Below, piece by piece: positions 51,742-64,000 of a stretch of DNA of 64,000 bases. The notes below the pieces were generated by a model. It was not told where the DNA came from. It saw nothing but the letters and a program-made list of their open reading frames with translations, and searched no databases. Origin of the DNA: Proteromonas lacertae (Eukaryota). The position numbers were made by a program, and so were the translations under genes. Location: contig NGBS01000584.1 of the NCBI GenBank assembly GCA_002245135.1, positions 186,001 through 250,000 on the forward strand, in the 5' to 3' direction. Each line of letters opens with the position of its first letter. Position 1 is the first letter of the stretch.

Positions 51742-54700
51742 TTAATCCTCATATTCCATTGTAGTCATACCAGTACTTTCATCTTCTACGATATATAGAG
51801 AATAAGTATACTTATTGTGGTTAAAATATCAAATAACTGGTAATATAATTCTTTTGATTTCTTCCCATGCACACATTGATTATCACCCAATGATAATATC
51901 GATTTTATAAAAACTTCATTTATTGCCTTACATAAATATTCTTCTATAGATATAAAATGATTGTAAGAATCATACTTGAATAACTGGCGTTAATTAAAAA
52001 TAAGAATATTTGTTGAAGAAATTCAGGGAATACATCATACTGTATTTCATTCAAAATACTATCCATAACATCTTTTGTTATTATCAAATCAAGGAAATGA
52101 TTTACCTGAATAATATATGTTAATAATTTCATAATATAAAACTTAACCAATTGACTTCTGTAATTATTATCTTCACAGTTATTGAATGTATTAACCAAAT
52201 ACGAAACATCATCTTCTTTAATGATCATATTTCCACAGCAAATGAAACATATATTCATGAGTATTTGATAATAATATCTTTCACACAATTCACCACAGTT
52301 TTGCTTTATTATGCTTATTAAAATTGAACTAGAAACTTCACATTTACTGAAAGATTCAATTAATTTATCTAAATATCGAGAGAATATATAGAAAGAATAT
52401 TTTATTATTATATACCATTTGAAGATAATAGTAACAGCAATGAACTGATTTGTTTTCTGAGATTTAATCTTTGTTGAACATGACCCAAACATATAAATAA
52501 ACTATTAATAACTTCAGAGTTAAAATAGTTTATATAACCTTCTTCACTTTTAATAGCCATTTCTTTACAGGATGCAATAACTATATCTTTATAATCAGAA
52601 TTTGTAACTTCATAAATATATTTCACATATTTATCCAAATTCTCTAGAAATACATTACCAAATTTAACATCTTTGTAATAGTATTTATATATTTCATATA
52701 AACAAAGACGTTCTGAAGGTGTTACAACATCAAAATTCTTAAGAACAATGGACAATTCTTTTGGAGTTATAAAAATATGGCCATTACTGACAATTTGCGT
52801 GAATAACTTGGATCTTAATGTGTTTAATTTATTATCACTTATGATAATATTGTTATAAACCATTATTAAATAGTTATTGGCTATTAATAGTTGGATCATC
52901 ATTGCTACATATAATAATATAAATTAATGATGATAATATACGATTTTGACACAGGGAATAGAATAAGTCGAATAATACATAGGTTAATGTATTGAGTTTG
53001 TTATTCACTAAATTTGTTGATAAACAATTGATTATTAACAAAAGTAAATCATTATTGTAAAATAATGGTTCATCATCTATACATACATATAATATTATAA
53101 TAATTTTAATAAATATAATGATAAATATACCATAATCAGTCGCTCTTTTTAATATATATTTCACTTCTCCCTCAATATAACTGTTTGATATCACAGATAT
53201 AATTTCAATAATCTCATTTAAGAAATAAGGATACTTACTGATGCTGAAACATTCATATTTATTTTGATGATTATTATTTAATACTATAAAAATATATAAA
53301 ATATTATGATATTAATACTGTTTTTAATAAACATTGAATATAATGATATGATCTGTGTTTTACTCTCTTCGTCAGTCTTAAAGTATATATACTTAAAGAG
53401 ATTATATATGTTCTTATTAAATAATGGATAATTCAGATAATACGCTAATATATATTTATATTTATAGTCAATTTATATATACTCTTATTAGCTATTTCTT
53501 TGATAAATTCAATATAGCTTTTCAATACTTCATTACTGGTATTAACATCAACATTATTATTCAAATTTTCAGAGACTAAAACAAGAATTGGAACTATTTC
53601 ATCATAGATGTTATAATCAATCATTTTATTAAGTATATTAGACACTTTCAACAATGAATAAACAAATTTCCAAATAATTGAAATCCAGTTTATATTTGTT
53701 AGTCTTGCTGAAATATTCATCAATCTAACAACAGTTTCAATTTTAATGTTATTATAATTAATATCATCATGAAATATATTCAACAATTTACATACCAACA
53801 TCATGGTTTCAACATCATTTCTATCAACATCATTAAATTCTGATTCTAATATTTTCATCATTTCATCTTTACATTCACTCTCTGAATCATCATCATCATC
53901 ATTATCAGATGAGAAAATTCTATATATTATATCTAATGACAGTTTCTTTACAACAAAATCATCATCTGATATTAAAGTGATCAAAAAATATAAACTATCT
54001 TTATAACTATGATCAGTTTCACCTATTATTATAAATATATGATATAGATGTAATTTATACTTGTTAATATTGATTGAATAGTATAAAGCACCAACTTTAT
54101 TTCATCTTTGTTATCGTTTTTGTATAATATATCTGTTAGACTACTTTCATTTATTGATTCTGTTATATTGCTGGCTAATAATGAATAAAGAAATAATGAC
54201 ATATACAATCATTTCTAATTAATATTGACAATAATGCTAATGTTAAGTCCTTTATTTGATTATCACTTGACTTTAGAAACACTTCGCTCATCTCCATGAA
54301 TCTATCGATAATTCTGTTTTTATAACAATCTATTTATATAAAATGAATTATATATATATATATATTTATTTATACCATATGGTGATATATTTATCAATAA
54401 AACTAACAATGATTTTATAACATCATTATTCTCTGATAATAATTTATCACATAATAAATCAATAAATTCATTTTCTGGAAAGCTTTGAGTAAATTGCTCT
54501 ACAAATCAGACGAATTAATTAATACTATTCTCTTTGTTATTATTACGGTGAATTAGAACTGCATCAATACTTGTCATTTCATACATACTTACATAATTCA
54601 TTGGGTTATAAACGCTATCAAGATTCTCTCGATTGAAGGTGGCATTTAATGATAGATTTGAGAAAAACATACACAACACACACAAATAATCACTAGTATA

Positions 54701-55047
54701 GTTTGTAACCTTTAATAAAGACATTAAATCATATTCTTCAGGAGATGAGAGTAGTGCATTCTTGTTTGCCTCTATAAAAATATAATATACATAATACCAT
54801 TATGTGACAAAAACAGTAATATCTTTACACACACATCCTTCAATTCATCACTCTGAGGTATTAAAACCTTGGCTATAGGGTACATTATGTAGCCATAGTT
54901 GTGCAATGTTGATATATCATCTATGCATCAAATAAAGGTTATACAATTTTCGATGGATGCTAAAGATTGATTTAAAACTTCTTTTGTATCGTTGATATTA
55001 GTCTTCCAATAACCTTGAAGGAAATCTGCGGGTATAGCTGCTGTCAT
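51742..55047 (-). CDS. Divergent ARM/HEAT-repeat protein
   Basis: Many helical exons (e.g. LISDDDFVVKKLSLDIIYRI) joined by short introns; ATG at 55045-55047. Confidence 0.6.
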
Positions 55048-55390
55048 AGTTGCTGTTAATGATGAGAATGTAAAAATCAGAAAAAGTGATTTCTGCAAAG
55101 TTCTTTATGCATAAATGATTATAAAGCCCGAAGTTTCGATGTTTTCATATCCATTCTTATGCAATATATCATTTCAGAATATATTATGAATAAAATATGA
55201 ATATGTGTTGATATCACAAGTGATTGGTATGTTGAGAAATATTTTGGTCATAATCTATTATTTAGATTTTTTTAATTCACAATACGCTAAAAATATTTAT
55301 GAATTCCTACTATACTGTGAATAAATCAAATCACAAATACAAAAAATAACGTTTTCTATTCTCTATATTTTTGTCATTATCTTGCTTATT

Positions 55391-56794
55391 ATGTCAACAA
55401 GCGTTGTAAATACTAGGTCAACAGGTCATGCAACCTTTGATTCAAGAGAAGTACAATTTTTGAATGAAATATCGAAGAAAGATCTTGAGTATTTCTTTAT
55501 TCAATAATCATTTAGTCAAAACATGGAAGATCAAAGAAGATACAATCTGTGGGAAAGAACTCAAAAGGAAAGTGGGAGAGTTATACCCAACTTATATCAT
55601 CCCCCACCTCAACATAAAGTAGAGCCAAAGCCATTAACTGCAGAAGAAACAGAAGCAATACAAAAGCTGTTAGATAAAGAAATGATGTTAGCTAAAGAAA
55701 TAGAAAAGATACAAAAAAGAATTCAAGAAATTTCAGTAGAACCAACTGATAATATATTAGTGCTTGATAATCAAGATCAAGAACAAACAGAAGAAGATGA
55801 AGAAAACGAAGAAAAAGAAGGTGAAGATGAGAATGCAACAGAAGATGGTAAATTACCAGAAATTGATACATGTAGACCTCAATCTCCTCGAATAGAAACA
55901 AATTCACCTCGTCCAATCTCTCCAAGATATGATTTATCACTCATAAACAGACCAATGAGTCCAAGATATGAAGATCCTAAGAAAGAGAGAGTATATAGAG
56001 TTGCATCACCGCGACAATTACCTCAATTACCATTAAGACCACCACTTTCACCTCGTCCACATTCACCTCGTGTAGAAACACAAAGAAATGATGTTTCAAC
56101 TACCTTACCTAATCAGAATCTTAATATTACTACTAATACATCAAGACCTTGTACTTCAGATGGTGTATTGAGTGGATCTAAAATGAATAGTTCAATTTCA
56201 CCAATTAATGCAATGCAAGCTTCTATGAAATATAACAATACTGGAAATATGTCAAATATGCAGTCAACAGCAAGTCTAGCTAATCCTTCAACATCATTAA
56301 AATCGGTAAATGAGTTAATTCAGAATAATCAAAAGTATATAGCCAGTAATAATCTATCTCCACGTAATTCAAGACCACCCACAAGAGGTAGAAAAATAAT
56401 TACTCCAACAATACAAAACAAACCTTTAGCTGAAGATGAAATTGCTTGTAAAGGTAGAACATACAGTAATGATTTTAATTTAATTACTAAACATCCAACT
56501 ACTGCTTTTGTGAGAAAAGATAATTTAAGAAAATACTTCACACCACCAGAAGCTGCTAATCCACCAAAGATTAAGATAGTAAATGGTAAAATAAATACAT
56601 GTAAATTAGATGTGATAGATCCATGGTCTTCTAAAGTACATAAGTTACAGCAGGAGTTTGAATCTGATAGAAATGCCTATATTCCTCAAATTAGTACATA
56701 TGCTCCAAGTAGTGATAATCAACACATGTATGGTGGTTTTACAAAGTCACTTGATACATCACAAAGAGTATTCTTTGGATTACCTACATTTTGA
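55391..56794 (+). CDS. Hypothetical protein with coiled coil, acidic tract and repeated SPR motifs
   Basis: 423-aa ORF plus a short upstream exon; many SPR sites (proline-directed kinase-type). Confidence 0.65.
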
Positions 56795-56943
56795 GGTGTA
56801 TTTTATATTAATTTCATTTATTTATTACTATTTATATATACACACACATTTAAATCAAACTTATAACTCATTTGTTATGTTATTTTATTATTGTTGTTTT
56901 GGTAAAATTAAAAATACAATGAAAAATAAATAAAAAAACAAAA

Positions 56944-57542
56944 TTAAAATAAATCTTCTTTGATAAGTGGCAGTGTTATAGATAAAGTGTGATTTCTATT
57001 ATCAAATTGTGCTTTTCCTTCTTTGTCATTAACTTTATGTGGTAGAAATAGTTTTAAATAATAATCCTTTGTTGAAACTAACAATCTAGTTTGATTCACA
57101 TCACTTTCTATATCTTCTGTTTTGCAATCTGGCAATTTTACTTTTATTACCATCCAATTACATGATGATATTGATGGAGTAACATCATCATCCAATCCAA
57201 AATAAACATCTTCAGCTGAAACATTCTGTTTATATATTATATCATATCTAAAATAAATGAATAATTACATTTAAATACTCTGGCTGTATTCTATCGTCAT
57301 TTTCGTTATCACTATCAACTCCAAAATCAGGAACTTCTTCTACAGTCCATATTGCTTTTGGATCTGTTTTAGTCTGTGGTTCTTCTTGTACTGCCGGAGC
57401 AGCAGGGCCAATTGCAGCTGGTGTGAATTCTTTGTCTGGTCTTTCTTCCTACTGATATTAAAAGCGTTATTTATACATCACTGTCTTCATCTGGATGAAG
57501 CAAATTATTTAGTTCAACAATATTAATCCCCAAACTATCCAT
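56944..57542 (-). CDS. PIH1D3: PIH1D3/DNAAF6 (Twister) axonemal dynein assembly factor homolog
   Basis: Spliced TPAAIGP...AIWTVEEVP...DDRIQPEYDIIYKQNVSAEDVYFG...PSISSC...IKVKLP followed by a CS domain. Confidence 0.82.
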
Positions 57543-57647
57543 TTATTCAAAAATTTAAAAAGAAAAATTAAAAACTGAAGGCTTGAATAAAGTTTGAGAT
57601 TTCGCTCCATTTTTCAATCTCAACCATCTGAGTATTTTTTAAAGCAA

Positions 57648-60600
57648 ATGTCCACTCCAACTAAAAGACCGTTTCAAGGAGGGTATGATTTTAGTAGAAA
57701 GAAGGCAGAAAAAGAAGCTTATTTGTCAAGTCCTACGTATTGACATCACTTCTTTATTATTCTAGTTTTTTAAAAGGTCAAACTCAATTTGAAGATCATT
57801 GGAAAAGACCAGATGCTCCGGCGATTGATCCTCGTCAAACTGATCTTGTTTTTCAATGGTTAGATGTGTCTATGTATGATGGTCAACCATTAAAATCCAA
57901 TCCAGCAGTGGGTGAGCCAGTTCCAGGATCGAAGCAAGTATTTATTAAACAGATTTATATATATAGTTTCCTGTTCCAATCATTAGATTATATGGAATTA
58001 CTAAAACAGGCAATAGTGTATTAGTTCATATTCATGGTGTAACTCCATATGTATAATAATTGATTTTAATAATTAATTAGTTCTATGTAAATGCTCCACC
58101 CAATTGGAATGCTAAATATCATGAACCAATCTTCTTACAAAGACTAAACCAATTGCTCTCACAAACATCCAAAACATCTTCACAATTAGTAGTTGGTGTT
58201 GAAACAATATTAGCACAATCAATTATGGGATATCATTTCAATCAAAAGTCACAGTTTATAAAAGTATATGCATCTTTACCAAATTATGTTCCAAAAATCA
58301 GAACTCTTTTAAAGAATGGTATAAATATAGGTCATGATATAGGTCAGTATGCATTTCAATGTTATGAAGCTAATTTGCCATTTATTCTTCGATTTATGGT
58401 TGACTATAACATAGGAGGTGGTTATTGGTTGGAATTACCCAAAAATAAATATTCGATTAGAGATAATAATCAGAAAACTACTACATGTCAATATGAATGT
58501 GATATTGTTTATAATTCACTAATATCTCATGAACCACAAGGTGAATACAGTCATATTGCTCCATTTAGAATATTGAGTTATGATATTGAATGTTATGCTG
58601 AAAAAGGTACATTTTGTACGCCAGAGAAAGATGCAGTAATTCAAATTGCTAATATTATCTCAGAATATGGTAATGAAGAAGCAATTATTAAAAACGTGTT
58701 TGTTTTACATTCATGTAAACCTATTGCTGGTGCACAAGTTATAGAATGTAATACAGAAGAAGAATTGTTATTAAAATGGAGAGATTTTATTGTAGCAAGC
58801 GATCCAGATTTAATCACAGGTTATAACATCGATAATTTCGATTTTCCATACTTATTAAATCGTGCAAAGACATTAAAAGTGAATGGTTTTACTAGATTCT
58901 GTAGAACTATCAATATGGATGCTAAAATGAAAGCAACTACATTCAGTTCCAGTGCTTATGGTAAAAGTGAAAATATGGAAATAACTATAGATGGAAGAGT
59001 TGTGTTTGATATGATTCAATATATGAGGAGAAATCATAAACTATCATCCTATTCATTGAATTCAGTGAGTAGCGTGTTTTTATCACAACAAAAGGAAGAT
59101 GTTGATCATAATATAATATCGTATAATATATTTATACTTTATTAATTATTATATATTTTTAGTGTTTTACATGATGGTACTGATGAGGATCGTCGTAGAT
59201 TAGCAGTATATTGCTTAAAGGATGCATATTTACCACAACAATTAATGGATAAACTGTTAGTCTTAGTTAATCACATTGAAATGGCAAGAGTCACTGGTGT
59301 TCCATTGAGTTTTTTACTAGCAAGAGGACAACAGATTAAAGTTGTTTCTATGTTATATAGAAGAGCAAGACAAGATGGTTTATTAATCCCAACTTTAGAA
59401 AGAGCATCTGCAGCTGATGCAGATGAAAGTACATACGAAGGTGCGACAGTTATAAGTCCCAAGACAGGATTTTATAATGAACCTATTTGTACATTGGATT
59501 TTGCATCTCTATATCCTTCTATTATGAGAGCTCATAATTTATGTTATTCTACATTAATAGCTCCATCAGATTTACCAAAACTAAATAAAGATGATTATAT
59601 TAAAACACCATCTAATACTTATTTCATTAAAGCAAAAGTTCATCAAGGGATATTACCACAAATTCTTAAAGCACTTTTAGATCAAAGAGCTGTAGCAAAG
59701 AAAGATATGAAAGCAGCAAAAGATCCATTAATTAAAGCAGTTCAAAATGGTAGACAATTAGCTTTAAAAGTAAGCGCTAATTCTGTTTATGGTTTTACTG
59801 GTGCAACTAATGGATTTTTACCATGTTTAGAAATATCAGAAGCTGTTACTTCATTTGGTAGACAGATGATTGATTCTACTGCTAATTATGTTATAGAACA
59901 TTATCCTGGTTCAGATGTTATCTATGGTGATACTGATTCTGTGATGATTAAATTTGGTGTAAAAACTGTAAAAGAAGCGATCGATTTAGGATATGAAGCT
60001 GCTCCTGAAGTAAGTAAACTATTCCCTTCACCAGTTAAGTTGGAGTTTGAAAAAGTATATTTTCCTTACTTGTTAATGAATAAGAAAAGATATGCTGGGT
60101 TATGGTGGACAAATCCTGACAAATGGGATAAATTAGATGCAAAAGGTATAGAAAGTGTAAGAAGAGATAATTGTTTACTAGTTCGTAACTTAGTCAGCAC
60201 TTGTTTGAATAAAATATTAATTGATAGAGATGTTGAAGCTGCAATTCAATATGTGAAAAATACCATCAGTGACTTGTTACAGAATAAACTAGATATATCA
60301 GTATAATTATTATTCAGTATATTTATAATTAAATAGTTGTTGGTTATTACAAAGGCATTAGGAAAATCAGCAAGTTCAGATGGTTATGCAGCAAAACAAG
60401 CTCATGTTGAATTAGCAGAAAGAATGAGGAAAAGAGATCCAGCTTCTGCACCACAAGTGGGAGATCGAGTTCCTTATGTTATTATTGAGGCAGTTAAAGG
60501 TGCTCCTGCTTATGAAAAGAGTGAAGATCCTATATATGTATTAGATCATAACTTACCTATTGATGCTAATTACTATTTAGAGAATCAACTGAAGAAACCT

Positions 60601-61014
60601 ATTCAGAGGTTGTTTTCTCCAATTATTTCAAATCCTGATACATTGTTGAAAGGAGATCATACAAGAATGGTTATAAGATCAACACCATCTACTAATTCAG
60701 GTATTATGGCTTTTGCAGTAAAAACATTAAAGTGTTTATATTGTAAAGCTCCATTAAAACCTAAAGAGACAGGCCCTGTTTGTCAGAATTGTCAAGATAA
60801 AGTTCCTGAAGTGTATATGGGAGTAATTTCACAAGTATCAGAATTGGAAAAGAGATATTGTGAATTATGGAGTACATGTCAAAAATGTCAAGGTAGTTTA
60901 ACACAGAATATACTTTGCACTTCAAGAGATTGTCCTTTATTCTATCAACGAAGGAAAGTAGAAAAAGATTTAGAGCAAGTAAAGGAAACGTTTAACAGAT
61001 TCAAAACAGCTTAA
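57648..61014 (+). CDS. POLD1: DNA polymerase delta catalytic subunit
   Basis: Exo[41 protein letters not shown], and C-terminal CysA/CysB motifs. Confidence 0.97.
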
Positions 61015-61138
61015 TTTTGAATTTGAATATATATTTATTCTTTTTTATTTTATAAAATACACTAATACATTATTATATCAAACATAAGCTTGGCTCATTG
61101 ATTTATTTTTTTGTTTATACTCCTTTATGCAATAAGAT

Positions 61139-61815
61139 ATGACTGAAATAGACGAAATTCCAGCAGGACACCTTCAGCACTTTGATCATTTAGAAGGAAG
61201 TCACATTACAGGCACTGTAACGTATTGTATCTATATTCTATGTTGTAGAAGACAAACCATTAAAACTGTTTCACGAAATACTCGAGCGGCAAGGTATAAA
61301 CATATTTGTATAATTTTTAAAGGATGGTGTTGATGAATTTAGAATCTGCGGCTGTGCCGAAGGATAAAGCAGGTAAAATTAGAATAGAAGAATTTGAAGG
61401 ACTGCAAACTGCCAAATTAACAAGTCCAGCTATAGATACAAAAAACAAACACTTTGTTTTTCCCGATGATGATGAATTGAGTGAAAAGAGTCCAGAGACA
61501 CTACCAGAAGCGGATAATACAAATCAAATATTACAAGTTGAACATGATTCTCCTCCTCCTCCTTTACATAGTAATTATGAGAATCAACAATCTGTAAATA
61601 CTCTCAGTAATGATGAAACTGTAACAGTTATTCCAAAGAATATTAAAGTATCTTGTGAATCAATTAGACCTCCTGATGAAATAGATTATCTCAATCACAC
61701 ACAATCAGATGAATCTACTCATTCTTTGTTAAATAAGAAAAGTAATAGTAATATACAAGATGAGAAAAATCAGATTATAGTTAAACAAAAACAATTCTGT
61801 TGTGTTTTTTTTTAA
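61139..61815 (+). CDS. Hypothetical protein ending in CCVFF (possible lipidation motif)
   Basis: Two short introns (the second with an AAG acceptor) join 61139 to the 61324 ORF. Confidence 0.55.
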
Positions 61816-61931
61816 TCTCGTAAATAATAATACTAGTAGTAATAATTATGTAAATATATTTCAAATTTCATTTATATTAGTAGTTTTTAAAATTTTGTTG
61901 TTTGATTGGTTATATAAACGTATGACTTTCA

Positions 61932-64000
61932 TCATTCACAGTTAACGAAAGTTTTTGACAATTCTATCCTTTCTTCTTCTGATATTCCATCTAGATTTAT
62001 TCTTCCAATTGATGAGAAAGTTTGTAAGAATGATTTTAATTCTAATTTATCTATATCTTCTTTTAAAAATATTGACATTTCTTCTAAACAATCAAACACT
62101 TCTTTGTTTTCTTTCATTAATCTCAATTCATTTTCATTTAATTCATTTCCTAATAAATTTATCTCTTCTAATTGTTTGTAATCTTTTAATCTTTCTATTA
62201 ACAATTTTAATCCCTTTTCACTCATTCTAATATCTATTCGGATTATAGAATATATATAATACTCGAAAGATTCAATATTATGGGAAAACAATCTTCATCC
62301 ATTTGAACAAATTTATCTAAATATTTACATATTATCTTCACTCCTTCATCTCCGATGTTATTATTATGAATTGATATATATTTTACATCTTCTGGTAAAG
62401 AATCTGTTAATTTTTTTAATCCTTTAGAAGTAATTCTATTGTTGGATAAATCTAGCGTTTTATATTCGATCTGTCTTATTAATGACATATGAGAATCATT
62501 AATATTCATATCTATTTCATAATAATTAATAATTTTTATACTTGAAAAATCATACTCACTTTCCCAACTTTTCCTTTCCTTTTTTGAACAATAATACAAA
62601 TAATGTTCCAATTCTTTACTTGTCCATGTTGAACATTTCAATTCAATAAATGGATAGTTTTCATCCTCTAACGACTTACAACAAATAGCTTTTAATCCTT
62701 TAAAACTTTCATTATTCCCACTTAATTTTATTGTACTACATCCTCTAATTGAATTTATTTCTTTCGTTAATAACATAATACTTTCATCATCTATTGACAT
62801 ATTACTCAAATTCATTTCACTCTCGTCTTTCACTAATATATTCAAAATATCCAGTATCAGTTTAAATCCATTATTACCAATAGGATTATCTATTTTCAAA
62901 TATTACATATAGCAATATATATACTGTGAATACATAATTGTCCTATATTGTTTTCTTCTTTCATATATTTCATCAAATATTCAATTCCATCTGAATCTAT
63001 ATTATTGCCACTTATATCTAGCATTATATTTTTGGTGATATTATTTAAACCATCTAACAAATATCTCAATCCAACAGAAGATAATCCCATTTCTCTAAAA
63101 CTACAATCGATATATTTATTTGAATAATTCATTGTATAATTATTTATTAAATGTAAATATGGAGATAATGTTTTCATTCCTTCATCTCCTATCTGATTTC
63201 CATTAACCATAAGCTCTTTTAGATTTGTAAACGAAGATATATTGTTGATCATTATTTCTATACTTTCTTGAGTTAGTTTATTATCTAAATAATATTAAAA
63301 AGACAATCTATACTACTCAATTTTAACTCTTTTACATCTTTTAATTCATTTGATCTAAACGAAATGAACGATTTGAAAAAATCATCATCAATTTCAGAAT
63401 TATTCAGGTTTAAGCATTCAATATACTTGATTAATTCTGGAATACTTTTATCAATTAGTAATTCTCTACTCCCATTATAATCAAATTCTATTCTTGAAAT
63501 GCTAAACACCGAGAATAAGGCTTTTAATCCCTTTGAATGAATATTCTTGTTGTTTTTAATATCTATTTGATAAACATATCCATATTTATATAATTCTTCA
63601 GATAATAACACCATCGATTCATCATTTAAGTTCATTCCATATAGATTTAATATTTTTTCTCTGTCTACTAATAAATGCAAATGTGGAAGTAACAGTTTAA
63701 ATCCTTTTGGGCCAATTCTATTGCCTATTTCATTATAATTAAAAATAGTGTAATAAATACATGAAAAATCAAGGATTTTTAATTTCATCAACGGGATTGA
63801 CTTGACAAATGATTCAATAAAGTGAAATGTTAAATGACATTTCCACACATCTATTTCTTGTAAATCTGTGAATTGACATATATAAGAACCTAATAAATAA
63901 TGATATTGAATAGGTATAGTGTTATATTCATAATCTAAATAAATAAAAGTATCTAAAAATCATACTAAATCTGAGCTTTGTAGGATTTGTTAGTTTTAGT
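61932..64000 (-). CDS. LRR (RNI-like) protein; 5' end outside the window
   Basis: GNRIGPKG, GNQIGDEG and NNNIGDEG repeats; paralog of the 1-860 gene. Confidence 0.78.

Noticed and set aside
55077..55172. Possible minus-strand box C/D snoRNA (ATGATA...CTGA)
   Set aside because: Poor box C, weak terminal stem and no recognisable rRNA guide.
1..64000. Stop-codon reassignment as the cause of ORF fragmentation
   Set aside because: Nearly all breaks are resolved by short GT-AG introns; only the SPS2 TGA sits at a conserved coding position.

Overview
Very AT-rich, gene-dense eukaryotic nuclear DNA with about 33 protein genes split by tiny (mostly ~25-45 nt) GT(AT)...(T)AG introns, so the ORF track fragments most genes and misses some (RPS25, a La-motif protein, an ~85-aa protein). 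The architecture suggests a Blastocystis/Opalinata-like gut stramenopile that keeps genomic stop codons; this is inference, not a taxonomic search. Recognisable genes: Sec-containing selenophosphate synthetase with a clear SECIS, DENN-PPR protein, OSBP, sialate O-acetylesterase, divergent Hsp70-fold protein, NEK kinase, L-type lectin, a two-repeat CNBD K+ channel, DHHC, RPS25, VAMP7, Serinc, TPR-TMEM33 fusion, RPL15, Med14, GAF-PDE, C2H2 zinc finger, PIH1D3/DNAAF6, Pol delta, and LRR paralogs at both ends. Top finds: (1) a predicted secreted/GPI-anchored protein with an apparent WIF (Wnt-inhibitory-factor) domain fused to a catalytically degenerate EEP domain; (2) an unannotated RNase MRP RNA gene whose P3 stem appears interrupted by a 108-nt spliceosomal-type intron that shares a motif with the long first intron of RPS25. 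Gene models were spliced by hand and family calls rest on remembered consensus motifs; no searches were run.
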